Source of the DNA: Octopus vulgaris
Taxonomy: Eukaryota
Length of the DNA: 64,000 nt
Direction: 5' to 3'
Assembly: GCA_951406725.2 (NCBI GenBank)
Contig: OX597832.1
Location: 38,316,001-38,380,000 of the forward strand
Shown here: positions 1-13,429 of the stretch, piece after piece
Layout of the letters: the number at the start of each line of letters is the position of its first letter
Position numbering within the stretch: position 1 is the stretch's first letter
The notes under the pieces: generated by a model
Database searches by the model: none
Seen by the model: the letters and a program-made list of their open reading frames with translations, nothing else
Told to the model about the DNA's origin: nothing
Position numbers and translations under genes: made by a program

Positions 1-80
1 TAATTATTATCATCATCATCATCATCATCATCATTATTATCATTATTGTTGTTGTTATCATTGTTGTTGCTGTTGTTATT

Positions 81-480
81 GCAGAATCCTCAGTATGCCG
101 GGCAAGACGCCTGGCAACACTTCGTCCATCTTTACGTGCTGACTTCAAAGTCCCACCTAGGTCGACTTAGCTCAGTGCTCCGCAACCGGTATGCCGCGGC
201 ACACTGGGGTGATACGAGATGATGCTAGGTGTGCCACAGTGAAACCTGAATATAATATTTTTTCCCTATACTTTTAATTACATTTTTAGTTCAGGTGTGC
301 CACAGAATTTTTAAAAGAATATAAGTGTATCGTAAGTGAAGAAAAAAACCGTTGCAGAGCAGTGATTTGGCGGTTCGTCCTTTCTGGGGCAATAAAATAA
401 ATACTTGTTGAGCGCTAGAATCGATGTATCGATTAGTCCCCTTCTCAAGCAATTGGACGCACTGTGCCCAAATTTGAAAT
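81..480 (+). mobile_element. Diverged SINE-A copy interrupted by a hAT MITE
   Basis: Matches the intact copy at 26840-27061: gcagaatc...ttcgtccatctttacg...ggtcgactt | ttcgtcctttctgggg...tgtgcccaaatttgaaa. Confidence 0.75.
173..364. mobile_element. hAT/Charlie-like MITE
   Basis: Imperfect TIRs CAGTGCTCCGCAACC / CGTTGCAGAGCAGTG and repeated subterminal GTGTGCCAC motifs. The 8-bp flanks acttagct / atttggcg both resemble the SINE-A site actttgcc, consistent with a decayed TSD. Confidence 0.7.
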
Positions 481-570
481 TATTATTACCATTATCGTTA
501 TCATTGTTGTCATTGCTGCTGCCGCTGCTGGTGTTGCCATCAGCGTCATCAATATATTCATCGTCATCAC

Positions 571-601
<31 letters not shown>

Positions 602-826
602 GTCGTCGTCGTCGTCATCATCATCATCATCCTCATCCTCATCACCATCATCATCATCATCATCGTCGTCGTCGTCGTCGTCCTCGTTGTCGTTGTCACA
701 ATTTCCCGCCCCGTCTTCATCGTCACCCTTGTCATCAACATCACGAACATCATTATCATTCGTCATCGTTAAAATCCTTATCATTATTGTCATCATAACC
801 ATTAACACGATTTTCATCAACATCGC

Positions 827-870
<44 letters not shown>
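481..870. repeat. Compound (CAT/CGT)n and (TA)n microsatellite
   Basis: Read directly; explains the poly-D/S/I/M ORFs at 311-893. Confidence 0.95.
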
Positions 871-871
<1 letters not shown>

Positions 872-1452
872 CTGTCAACAACATACATGTTAACCCACTG
901 CCCCTCTCTCTTTGTCTCTCCCGCTCCATCTCTATTACACTTTTACAATATCTTTTTTATTCTTCCAAACACTTTGTATATCATCTGTTCGTATACTCAA
1001 TACACACATATATTCATATATATATGTGTGTAAAGCATGACTATATATATATATATATATATATAACTACTCCACCTTTTAACGATATGGAATTAATATT
1101 GACCGAGCTGTTTGGTCGAGATTATCTCCCCTGCTGTCTCTGGTTGACAATCCATAAATTAAAGCATCTGACATTTATAAACAATCAGATTAGTTGCATA
1201 GCAAATAGATTTTTAATCCTGACTTCATGCTGCGAAACATTAACACATCTGCGCCGGCTCAAATCGCCAACTCCCTTCTCTGTCTCCAGCGTAAAATATC
1301 ACAAGCTTTCCCCTAAGTGTTCGTCTTCCTTTTATTTTTCTATTTAAACATACACACGTGTGAGTTTACAGAGACAAATACACACATTTACAGACCATAA
1401 TACATAAATGCATACATATACATATATGTAAACAGATATATATATATATACA

Positions 1453-1498
<46 letters not shown>

Positions 1499-1610
1499 TG
1501 ATTGTATGTATGTATATAAGTATATGTGTGTGTTTATGTGTATATATATATTTATATATATACATATATATGTTTCTATCTATGTATCTATGTATATAAG
1601 CATATATATG

Positions 1611-1656
<46 letters not shown>

Positions 1657-1867
1657 TATCCCTCTTTCTCTCTTTTTTCTCTCTTAGTACCAAATATATG
1701 TATATATATATATTTATATATATATAAATAAAGAGAGAGAGACAGACAGACAGACAGACATATAGACAAACAGACATATAGACATAGATAGATAGATTGA
1801 TAGGTAGCTAGATTGATGGATGCGGTCATTCATACGTAAGTGGATGTTAGTAAGTCAAGTCATGCAA

Positions 1868-1913
<46 letters not shown>

Positions 1914-2287
1914 CTTGAGTATATATATATACGAAGCTGTTATAAACACAAAATGCATACACATATAAATTTAAGCACGTGTACATAGGTGTGTGTGCGA
2001 GTGCATGCGTTTATGTGTATGTAACAACAGTTATTGACACAATTTATACGTATGTATAGTTGGTTTTATACAAACTAATACATATGTATGTATGCTTACT
2101 AGTGCGCAAATGTCTGCGTGCATATATTTCTCTGAATGTATGTATACATGTGCTTATATGTTTGTCTTTATATGTGAGCGTGTGTATGTGTATAAATAAG
2201 TGACCTTATGAATGTGTGTCGCCTTCATTGTGTCACATTTTTCATTTAACCTGAACAGAAGCTGATGTTTCTCGAATTAGTATATTA

Positions 2288-3010
2288 TACTCGGTGCATC
2301 AAATTTTGAGGTCATTTGTAGGAATTTAGAAAAAGACGCGTAGGCCATCAAGCGAAAGCCGTATTTGAAATTGCTGCAAATAATCTTGAGAATTCTTTTG
2401 TCACACCTATTCAATGAATCTACGGTTGGCGCCAAAGGCTGCTTGAGTACGGGATCAAAAGCGTTGACATGCGAGAATCAGGTGATCTCTGTCAATTTTG
2501 AACTTACTGCTGGTTATGGTGGACATGAGTGATTGTATGGAGTCATGGGGCGTTGATTGACCTCTCTCTCTCTCGACTACGCCCCATACGTAATAGTTCA
2601 CTGGATTGAGGTCCTGTGAGCTAGGATGCCATGTGCGTGGAAGATCATGATGATGGAGATTGGCTCGCGTCTACACCTGGATTGTTCTAGCCTTATGAGA
2701 CGGTACAGAATCATGTTGGAAGATATACGGTCCTCTGTTGAGTGGTCTGTCAATCCAGGGATTAAAATGTTTCTGCAACCCCTCTGTGTAAACAGCAGTA
2801 TTGATTCGTATGCTCTGTGAAAAAAGTGAGGAAACATGACATCTCCCTTATTGCTGACGACTCCCAGAACCATTACAGCTTCTGGTAACTTAATATGCAT
2901 GGCCGGTGGAATCTGAATTAGATCTGTGCATAACCATTTCTCGGTCCTTCGATTTACCTTTTGGAGCTGATAGAAGTTTTTCTCATCGGAGAAAAACGAA
3001 AACATTCCAA
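2288..3010 (-). mobile_element. Degraded maT/DD37D-like Tc1-mariner transposon, 3' half
   Basis: Minus-strand peptides FFSDEKNF..VMVLGVVSNKGDVM..PYIFQHDSVPSH..WHPSSQDLNPVNYYVWGVVERE, with frameshifts. Probable TIR end tactcggtgcatc after a TA at 2286. Confidence 0.85.
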
Positions 3011-3429
3011 CCTCTTGGGATTTTAACTTGTTTAGTCAGCTCTCTGCACAGATCAAACTCTTCCCTCTTGTCACATCCCACATTAACTAACCTCTCCGTA
3101 TCAGACTTATCCTGGATGTCCCCCTGCGCAAATCTTTTGATGGGGCATTCTGAAACTTTGGGGTCCTTTACAACAGCTCTGAAATAATCATTCTAAATGT
3201 CCGAGATACCTATAATTTCCCGTTTATTCTTAGGTTGTCAGAGATGGGTGCAACTTTTTCCAGCTTTATCTTTAAAAATACACATTTGGACTCGTCAAAT
3301 TTCATCGTAATGTCTAGAAAATTGGGTTATAATCTTCAATTGTTTTTTCATGTGGTTGATATTTGACCCACACAGTTTCATCCCCATACCTCCTATGTAT
3401 GTATGTATGTATGTATGTATGTATGTATG

Positions 3430-3460
<31 letters not shown>

Positions 3461-3954
3461 GTATGTATGCATGCATGCATGTATGTATGCATGCATGTAT
3501 GTAGGTATGCATGCATGCATACATGTATGTATAAATGTATGTATGTATGAACGTATGTATACAAAACTTCACTCCATAGGTCCATGGAATGACCTTTTAT
3601 CAAGTGATGTTCTAGCTTCACTTCAAAATAAGTGTTAAAGTTATTTTACTAAATACAATCAAATCCTTTTTGGTTTGAAAAATTAAAATGAAAACACATA
3701 GGTACAATTCTGCCTGTCGCTTTGTTACCATTATCTGGTTTGCGGGGACTTTACCAAAGTGCTCTCTGCGAGAACTGTCAGCTTGAATTTGTGAATACAT
3801 CCCCTCTCCCTCCATTACATACTTTTCTAATCTTAGAGGCCGTGAAAAACGTTACGGTCATATACTCTCTTCTTCGATTATATCAAAAACAAAAAAGAAA
3901 GAAAGAAGCTATTGCCTTTGATGTGTTTAATCTATAGTAATTTCAGTGTTACTC

Positions 3955-4196
3955 TTGGGCTGGTGCATAATTATTGTGGAATTTATTTTCAACAAATTTT
4001 ATTCAACAAGACAATAACAGAATTTAACAAAAACATGATTATTCCGGAGCATATTCACCATCTACTTCAATTACTGTTTCCCATTTGCCTGGCAGACGGT
4101 TAGACTGCCATTTAAAGATGTTTAGTTAAATATTATTATTGATTTTATTGAATAAAATTCGATGAAAAAAGCCACAATAATTATGCACCACTCCAA
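3955..4196 (-). mobile_element. Mariner-derived MITE (internal deletion derivative)
   Basis: TIRs TTGGGCTGGTGCATAATTATTGTGG / CCACAATAATTATGCACCACTCCAA followed by TA. Imperfect inverted match extends ~80 bp. Internal minus-strand NRLPGKWETVIEVDGEYAPE* is a mariner C-terminus. Confidence 0.85.
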
Positions 4197-4235
4197 TAAT
4201 TATATTTGTTATTATTGTCTATAATCTAATACGCT

Positions 4236-4456
4236 AGGTTTTGATACCAAGACCAGTGGGGCTGCCCTTGGATCTATATTACAAATTTTCTCTTCTAAAG
4301 TGGTGTAAATTCACACCTTCCATCAAAATTTCTTGTTAATTTATATGTGGAACACTGGCTCCTTAATGACAAAATTATTTAACTACATTCTACATATTTT
4401 CAAAATTAATTGAAATAAAGGCGGTGTATTTCAACAGAAATATTATAACAAAAGGG
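4236..4456. mobile_element. Possible decayed piggyBac-type MITE
   Basis: Imperfect inverted ends (ttttgatacca ... ataacaaaaggg). No TTAA TSD preserved. Confidence 0.35.
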
Positions 4457-4879
4457 CTCTTCTACATATCTAAACTGAATAATTGTATTACGTCTGTTAT
4501 GCTTGGTGAGATTCAACCATTTCGTTATAAATATGTCATGAAGTTTTCCAGAACGTTTTTTTTTAAATTGAATATTTTGGCGAACGTGCATAAAGAAAAA
4601 AAATTAGAACGCATTTCAAATATTTTGCTCTTCTATTTTAAAGACTGAGTTTTAAAAAAGTTTTGTAACCAATATTATTGATTCCTCTTGCTTGTTGTTT
4701 TTAATGTATTAAGTGAGACAGTTTTATAATTAGAGGAATAATCTATAAGTTGATTGCGGCAGATTTGCCGATTCCTTGATCTCTCTTTCTCTCTCTCTCC
4801 CTCTTTCTCTCTCTCTCTCTCTTTCTCTCTTTCACTATCTTTTACTCACACCCACGTAGACACACACATACGGATAGAT

Positions 4880-5220
<341 letters not shown>

Positions 5221-5517
5221 TACACATGAATATACACATGAATATACACATACACACGTTCCCGTCCGCGCAAGCAAACGTACATATATATATACACAGT
5301 AACACACTTTGTGGAGAGAAGTTCAGCTAACTGGAGTAGCGAAACACCTGCGGTTAGGCTAGAAATAAAAATGGCGGCTTTCAAAAGAAACAACCAATTA
5401 ATTGTTTATCGCATAGAAATGAAAATGAAATCCGATCCGTGGAAGAGAAAACTATTTACACTTTACTAAGAAGGAAAATCTTGCACAAATACATATACAA
5501 ATACAGTCTCTCACACA

Positions 5518-5980
<463 letters not shown>

Positions 5981-6510
5981 TCAACTATCATCTATTCATC
6001 TGTCTGTCTGCCTGTCTGTCTATATTTCTTTCGGTATATCCGTTTTGTGTATCTATATACCGATCTATATATATCCTGCACGAATACACATATGCACACT
6101 CCTTCACACGCACCTACACATGCACAATATATACCTAAAAATACATATGTACACCCATCTTTGTATCCCATCCGTGTGTCTGTATGCGCACGTGCGTGTG
6201 TGCGTGTGCATGAGAACGCGTGTGTGTGTGTGTGTAGGGACATGATCATTTGTCATGCATGCATATATATATGTATATATGTATGTTTGTATGCATGTAT
6301 GTACGTACGTATGTATATATGTACGTACGTATGTACGTATGTATGTCTATAAGTATATACTCATATCGATAGCGCAATGAATATGAAGCGACATACATGT
6401 TTACACACGCACAGGCATACATGCAATGTATATACACATATCATATGCATATATGCATGTATGCAGTTATACATACATACATACATATACATACATATAT
6501 ATACACACAC

Positions 6511-6565
<55 letters not shown>

Positions 6566-6587
6566 TATACATGTGTGTGTGAGTGTG

Positions 6588-6626
<39 letters not shown>

Positions 6627-6813
6627 ACTGACCGTTAAGTAATAAAATTTTATAGTTGTCATGGCTGTAGTAAAATTATATTTTTACCTTTATTTAATTA
6701 TCTCCCTTTCGTCTAAGTAGTCTGCTGCTGTTCGGCAAAGGTAAGGTTATCATCGCCCACACAAAACCTGCAGGGTAATTTCTGGGGAAAAAATAAATAA
6801 AACAATGAAAGAT

Positions 6814-6906
6814 TAGAATTTCAAAAGACCTGAACATAAACATTTCAAACCTATCTCTTGCTTGATTATTTATTCAGTGTTTAACTCAGCATTTGTTCTT
6901 TTCATA
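6814..6906 (+). repeat. 93-bp direct repeat, copy 1 (copy 2 at 8219-8311)
   Basis: tagaatttcaaaagacc...ttgttcttttcata occurs twice with 2 mismatches. Confidence 0.92.
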
Positions 6907-7019
6907 AAAAAAGGTTTTGAAAGTAATTAGCTAAATATGAATCGTAATTTAATAAGCTAATTAAAATTTGAGTTTATTTTTTTTTATTATCAGGATGGAT
7001 AGCATGTCACGAAAGCTGC

Positions 7020-7200
7020 TTTTGCAGGATTTCCGTGCAGCTCTTTAAGTTGTGAGCTCAAATGTCAACTAGGTTAGCTTTTTCTTTCATTCTTTCGGGG
7101 TCGGCAAAGTAAAGTACCAATGGAGCACTGACGGTGACGTGATCCACTTGTCCCCCACGCCTAAAGAATTACTGAACTTGTGTCAAAATGCTAAACCATT
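7020..7200 (+). mobile_element. Old SINE-A copy
   Basis: Core tttcattctttcggggtcggcaaagtaaagtacca and tail ttgtgtcaaaat. Confidence 0.65.
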
Positions 7201-8044
7201 ATTATTGTCGGTATTCAAGCAAGACATGCTCAACTTTGGCTCTGAGAATGTTTGCAGAATATCGACTATTTTGTCAGGAAAGACTTTTGTTATTGGGAAA
7301 ACATTTTGAATAGACAAATACTGGAAAGACCAGTTGGATCTGGATGAGTCTAGTTTCGTTATATGATTAACCTCAAGCGGTAGTCTGATCGTGTTTGAAT
7401 TTTGAATTTATGCTATGTTGATTTGTTTTATTATAATTTTTTAGAATGACAATTGATAGCAGAATAATGTTTGCAAGAGAGTCACTCAGCAAAGAGAGAG
7501 GAAGAGAAAACGAAGAAATTGATGGAGGATAGAGGAGAGTACAACACACAACCAACAAATATAGCGTTTATTGCATTCTTTCGGGCCGCAGAATGGTTGC
7601 TTAGATAACAAGGTGCTGACTATATCTTTGGACTCCGACAGAAATAATGTAGTCCTGAATGTGAAAGGTAGCAAAGGTGGCACCTTTAGACTAGGGCTGC
7701 CTATACCATGACAGGGGTGTAACGGCCAAATTTCTCCAGACAGCGAGATGCTATCCTAGCAACAATTCGATCACTAGTACTTGTGGGGACTGGAACTGTA
7801 TTTTAGGCACACACTAGTACTGTGGGGCTACTGTATAGGCTAACTTGCCTGGACTGTTGGTATAGTAACGAAGCTAAAGAACGCAGAATAAAGCCGCTTG
7901 GCATAGATTGACTTTGGACTCTGCTGTTCTTGGACACTAAGTTTTATCGCTGCATAAATGCATATTTGTTTACTTACTCTATAAGAACTTGTCGCGCTAC
8001 ATTTAGAATACAAACGACCATATTTGATATTCTCATTTAGACGG

Positions 8045-8128
<84 letters not shown>

Positions 8129-8310
8129 GATCGATCGATAAATCTACCTACCTAACTACCTACCAGCCGAACTATCTCTCTGTCTGCCTATCAATGAATC
8201 TAGCTAGCTATATGCATATAGAATTTCAAAAGACCAGAACATAAACATTTCAAACCTATCTCTTGTTTGATTATTTATTCAGTGTTTAACTCAGCATTTG
8301 TTCTTTTCAT

Positions 8311-8695
8311 ACTCTTTTACTTGTTTCAGTCATTTGTCTGCGGCCATGCTAGAGCACCGCCTTTAGTCGAGAAAATCGACCTCAGCACTTATTCTTTGTA
8401 AGCCCAGTACTTATTCTATCACTCTCTTTTGCCGAACCGCTAAGTTACAGTGAGGTAAACACACCAGCATCAGTTGACAAACGATGTTGGGAGGACAGAC
8501 ACACACACACAAACATACACACACACACACACACATATATATATACATATATACGATGGGTTTCTTTCAGTTTCCGTCTACCAAATCTACTCACAAGGCT
8601 TTGGTTGGCCTGAGGCTATAGTAGAAGGCACTTGCCAAAGATGCCACGCAGTGGGACCGAACCCGGAATCATGTGGTTGGTAAACAAGCTACTTA

Positions 8696-8700
<5 letters not shown>
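8311..8700 (-). mobile_element. SINE-B, near full length
   Basis: Reverse complement of 59761-60211, with internal (CA)/(TA) tract and tail aagtaaaagagt. Confidence 0.9.
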
Positions 8701-8741
<41 letters not shown>

Positions 8742-9241
8742 ACATGTATATCTTTCTCTCTCCACTCTCTATCTATCTGCGAACCTAGCGGATTCATACC
8801 AAACCACTTATCCCTACGCCAAAACATTTGCTAATTCTACCTGGGGCGGAGCTTATAAAGTGGAACCTTGTCTGGAAAATTATACAGACACACACACACA
8901 CACACACACACACTTGTGAATGTGTGTGTTTGTATGTATGTACGTATGTCGCTTTACTAACACTCTCAACGCAATATCGAAGCGATCCGGATTAACAAAC
9001 TGCTTAATACAAATTAATTAGATATATCCGTTATATTAAACAGAATGCATGGTTAAGTGGACATCTGTTTTTAAGAATATACACGTCTTAAGCTTCAACA
9101 CACTGCAAACCGAATTATTGGCAGGGCTCATTCAACATTTATGCGTTTTATCTATCTATTTTTTATATTTCCATCTTCATCATCATCATCATCATCATTA
9201 TTATTATTATTATTATTGTTATTATTATTATTATTATTATT

Positions 9242-9294
9242 GTTTCAATTTTATTTCCATTTCTTTTTCGAATGCCTACCCGACACCTAGGGCA
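9242..9294 (-). mobile_element. 53-bp 3' stub of a Dong/R4-like retrotransposon
   Basis: Minus strand tgccctaggtgtcgggtaggcattcgaaaaagaaatggaaataaaattgaaac resembles the 3' UTR at 39913-39980 and is followed by (TAA)n. Confidence 0.7.
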
Positions 9295-9327
9295 CTACTA
9301 CTACTGCTGCTGCCACTATTGCTACTG

Positions 9328-9380
<53 letters not shown>

Positions 9381-9411
9381 GCTGCTACTACTACTACTGC
9401 TGCTGCTGCTG

Positions 9412-9446
<35 letters not shown>

Positions 9447-9518
9447 GCTACTGCTGCTGCTGCTGCTGCTGCTACTACTACTACTACTACTACTATCATT
9501 ATTATTATTGGTAGTAGT

Positions 9519-9843
9519 CACTGAAGTAAAAGAAGACAAAATTGAACAACTGCGATGAATTGAAGTGGGAAATGCGCCGGTTGTGGGCAATGAAGAAAGT
9601 GAACCTGATACGATAGTAATTGGTGCGGCTGGAAGTATCAGCACTCAGCTATCAACGTGGCCCAGAAAGATTGGAACAGATGTAATGTTAGAACACCTAT
9701 AAAACATCTCCATTGTTTGGGTCTGCAGGAGTTCTCTCCACAAGGTTCTTCAAGCATGGTCAGTAAACAAGGGTTACCTGTGGGCAGCTGGTACTTTCCA
9801 CCATACCCAGCAGAATAAGGCTCAGAGGTTTTATGATATTGTA
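9519..9843 (+). mobile_element. Degraded Dong/R4-like 3' fragment (RLE C-terminus plus 3' UTR)
   Basis: Peptides KEDKIE..DELKWEMRRLWAMKKVN..IVIGAAGSISTQLSTWPRKIG..GSAGVL..KVLQA parallel the C-termini at 38256 and 40086. Ends in (TAA)n. Confidence 0.75.
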
Positions 9844-9877
9844 ATGATAATAATAATAATAATAATAACAATAATAA

Positions 9878-9939
<62 letters not shown>

Positions 9940-10158
9940 AGAAGAAGAAGAAGAAGAAGAAGAAGAAGAAGAAGAAGAAGAAGAAGAAGAACGATAATAA
10001 TAATCTCATTCTTATTGCGTCAATGTACTTTAGCATCTCTTCCTCAAGACTTTGGTAAGATCAGAATGTCTCATGCTGATCTGTTAATCTCCAAGAGTTT
10101 AGGCGAGTGCCAGAGTGAATGGAGAGATGTATTTCGCCCCCTATTGTCATTGAGGTTG

Positions 10159-10255
<97 letters not shown>

Positions 10256-10566
10256 TGGGGGTATTCGTTCACTACAGGCGATGAAATCTGTAACTGTGAC
10301 TTCATTGTAGTGACGCAAGAGCATCCCTCAAAAATTTACGACCAGTGTCTAACATCATCATATACACGAACATACATACATACATACACGCACATGCACA
10401 CACACACATATATACACACACAAGCATTTGTTCCATTCCATTTAATATTATTTACTGAAGTGTTAATACAGTCATTTTTCTTCCTATATGTGCATATGTG
10501 TGTGTTTACGTTTGTATTTGCGTGTGTGTATATACACGCACTCACACACAAATACACACACATATA

Positions 10567-10637
<71 letters not shown>

Positions 10638-10872
10638 ATGTATGTATGTATGTATGTATGTATTTATATATATATATACGTATGCATACATTTATATATA
10701 TATATGTATATTTATGTGCATGCGTATAGACGAAAAGGAAAGAAAAGGAAGAGGTAAGGAAGGAATAAAAGATAAAATGTTGCAAAAAGTAAGAGAAATG
10801 GTAAAAAAAAAAAAATTATCAAATAGAGAGAGAGAGAGAGAAGGAGGTTGAGAGAGAAAAGCACTTGTACAC

Positions 10873-10918
<46 letters not shown>

Positions 10919-11305
10919 GACTGCATATGTCCGTATGCGTATAAGAGCATAAGAAGCTTATTAACAGTTTTAATAAATCTCTGCCAACGCTCCACGATAC
11001 GGTCACATGACAATAATAGCACCAGCCACGTGACCACAGCTCATTGATAGCAAAGTTTATCCACGGCACGCTCCTGCCCAGCAACAACAATAAGAATAAT
11101 ACAATAGACGTTCTCAAAACATATACAAAAGAACGGTAAGAATGAACGCCAAGTGAATAAGATTCTACAGGGAAAGTGTATTAATTTCTCTTCATATATT
11201 TTACCATTTATTTTCTAATTCTAATCCTGCAAGAACTTCCACTGTAAAATTAATTAAAAGAAATGAATCAGAAGAAGATTATTTTTTTTTTTTTCGAAAT
11301 TTATA

Positions 11306-12152
11306 TTGGTTTCAAATTTTGGTACAAGGCCAACACATCCGGGGGCAAGGGCTACTTGACTACATCGACCCCACTGTTCAACTGTTATTTATTTTATCAA
11401 CCCGAAACGACAAAGTCGACATCGGTGGAATTTGAACTCAGAAAAGTAAAGACGGAAAAAATGCATCTAGGTAACAATTTCGGGGATGGGTAATAGTCAG
11501 TTATATCGGCTCTAGTACTCAACTGGTACTTATTTTATCGACCCCAAAAGGATAAACGGCAAAATCGACCTCGGCAGAATTTGAACTAGGAACATAATGT
11601 CAGACGAAATACCACTTAGCATTTTGTGCGGTATACTAACGACTCTGCTAGCTCGCCAGCTTTTTTAAAATAAATATTGATTTTAAATTTTGGCACCAAG
11701 TCCAGCAATTTCAGTGGCTGGGGTACGTCATAAGTGCTCAACTGGTACTTATTTTATCAACCCCGAATATCGACCTCGGCGATATTTGAGCTCAGAACGT
11801 AAGAACGGACAAAATGCCAGTAGCGATTCAGCCAACTCGCCGCATTTTTTCAAATAAATATTTATTTCTTTATTTCCTACAGGAGGCTAAACATAGAGGG
11901 GACAAACAAGGACAGATAAAGGAATTAAGTCGAATACACCGACTCCAGTGCGTAACTGGTACTTAATTTATCGACCCCGAAAGGATGAAAGGCAAAGTCG
12001 ACCTCGGCAGAATTTGAACTCAGAACTTACCGGCAGACGAATTACCTATTTCTTTACTACCCACAAGGGGCTAAACACAGAGGAGACAAACAAGGACAGA
12101 CAGCCGGATTAAGTCGATTATATCGACCCCAGTGCGTAACTGGTACTTAATT
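11306..12152 (-). mobile_element. Cluster of five co-oriented SINE-A copies
   Basis: Core actggtactt..tttatcgacccc..gtcgacctcggc..ttgaactcagaac recurs at ~11306, 11473, 11676, 11863 and (partial) 12045. Confidence 0.88.
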
Positions 12153-13429
12153 TGCAAAATCATATTGAATATTAATGTAAAACATGTCAAACTGTCGACT
12201 TATTGTTTGGGAAAGCAAATGTGTTTGGAAAATATTTGCATTTCGGAAGGATTCGTAATATCGGATGTTTAAGGCATGAATTAGCTGGGTGGTTAGAATG
12301 TCGGATATAATTCTGCACAGTATTTGTTCTGATTCTCTGCATTCTGAGATTAGCTGTTGTTGAGATCAACTTTTCCTCTCATCCTTTCGAACCTGAGGAA
12401 AAGAATTTCAATCTTGGGCGATAGAAAAGTTGGACCAGAGGAATGTCGAACTCGATGCCTTCCGGATTTGTTCACCCTCTTTCAGTTCTGAGTTCAATTT
12501 CTGGTTTGACTTAATTCGGTTGCCAGTCAAAATCCACCACTTAGAGTTATGAGTGCCATTAGCAGACTCCAGTCTGTTGCGAGCATTCGGGACAGGTATC
12601 TGTGTTTATTAACCATTTTCACCTTTGGACTCCGTAGATTCTTTTACTCCAGTTGATCCATATAGCCATTCAATGTTTTAAAAGATCCTATTATATTTTT
12701 CAGATTAAATATTATTAAGAATTGTATAAAAATAATTGTTAAATATTTTACTAATTATAGAAGGATAATCAATTTGTTGCACATATGAGAACTACTGGTT
12801 CAGAGATATCTTCGTGTTTGTTTGCCACTAGTCATGAAGGCTCTTTGAAAGGTCACAGATACAACTTTCCCGCCTGACTAAAAGATTATAGAAACTCAAT
12901 AGGTTTCGATAGGATTGGTTTCTCTTATGACGCGAATATTTTTATTTTGTATTTCGAGTGTTTCAAACAACTGAAATGACCAATTCTGGTCTAAAATTTT
13001 TATACGTATTACATGACACATAATGCCTCGTTTATCCGAAAAGACGAAGTATGTCTCCATATTCACATAAATTTTTTCTGCTGGGATATTAAGTTGATAA
13101 CTCATTTTGAAAAGTAAACAAAAATGTTATTTCAACGTTTTCGCTAGAGAAATTTATGAATGGAGATATATGTCTGTTCAGACAAGAAAGAAAAAAAACC
13201 TCCAGCATGGAGGCACCATGTTGAGGTAATTTAATCGAATCGGTTTGCACTTATATAAAATTACTTTGAATTACACTAAATGACGTGCGATGGGTCCTCG
13301 ATGTGGCTGCTTGATCTACTAGAAAGTGCAGCCAAATCTATTTTAGCAACATTAATAAACAAATGATTCAATACAGATAATCCCGTGTTAAAAAATAACA
13401 ACACAAATATGAACAATAATAATACGAAA

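Noticed and set aside
311-893. Poly-D/poly-S ORFs, and the many [12 protein letters not shown] and HTHT ORFs across the window
   Set aside because: Translations of microsatellites, open in several frames on both strands.
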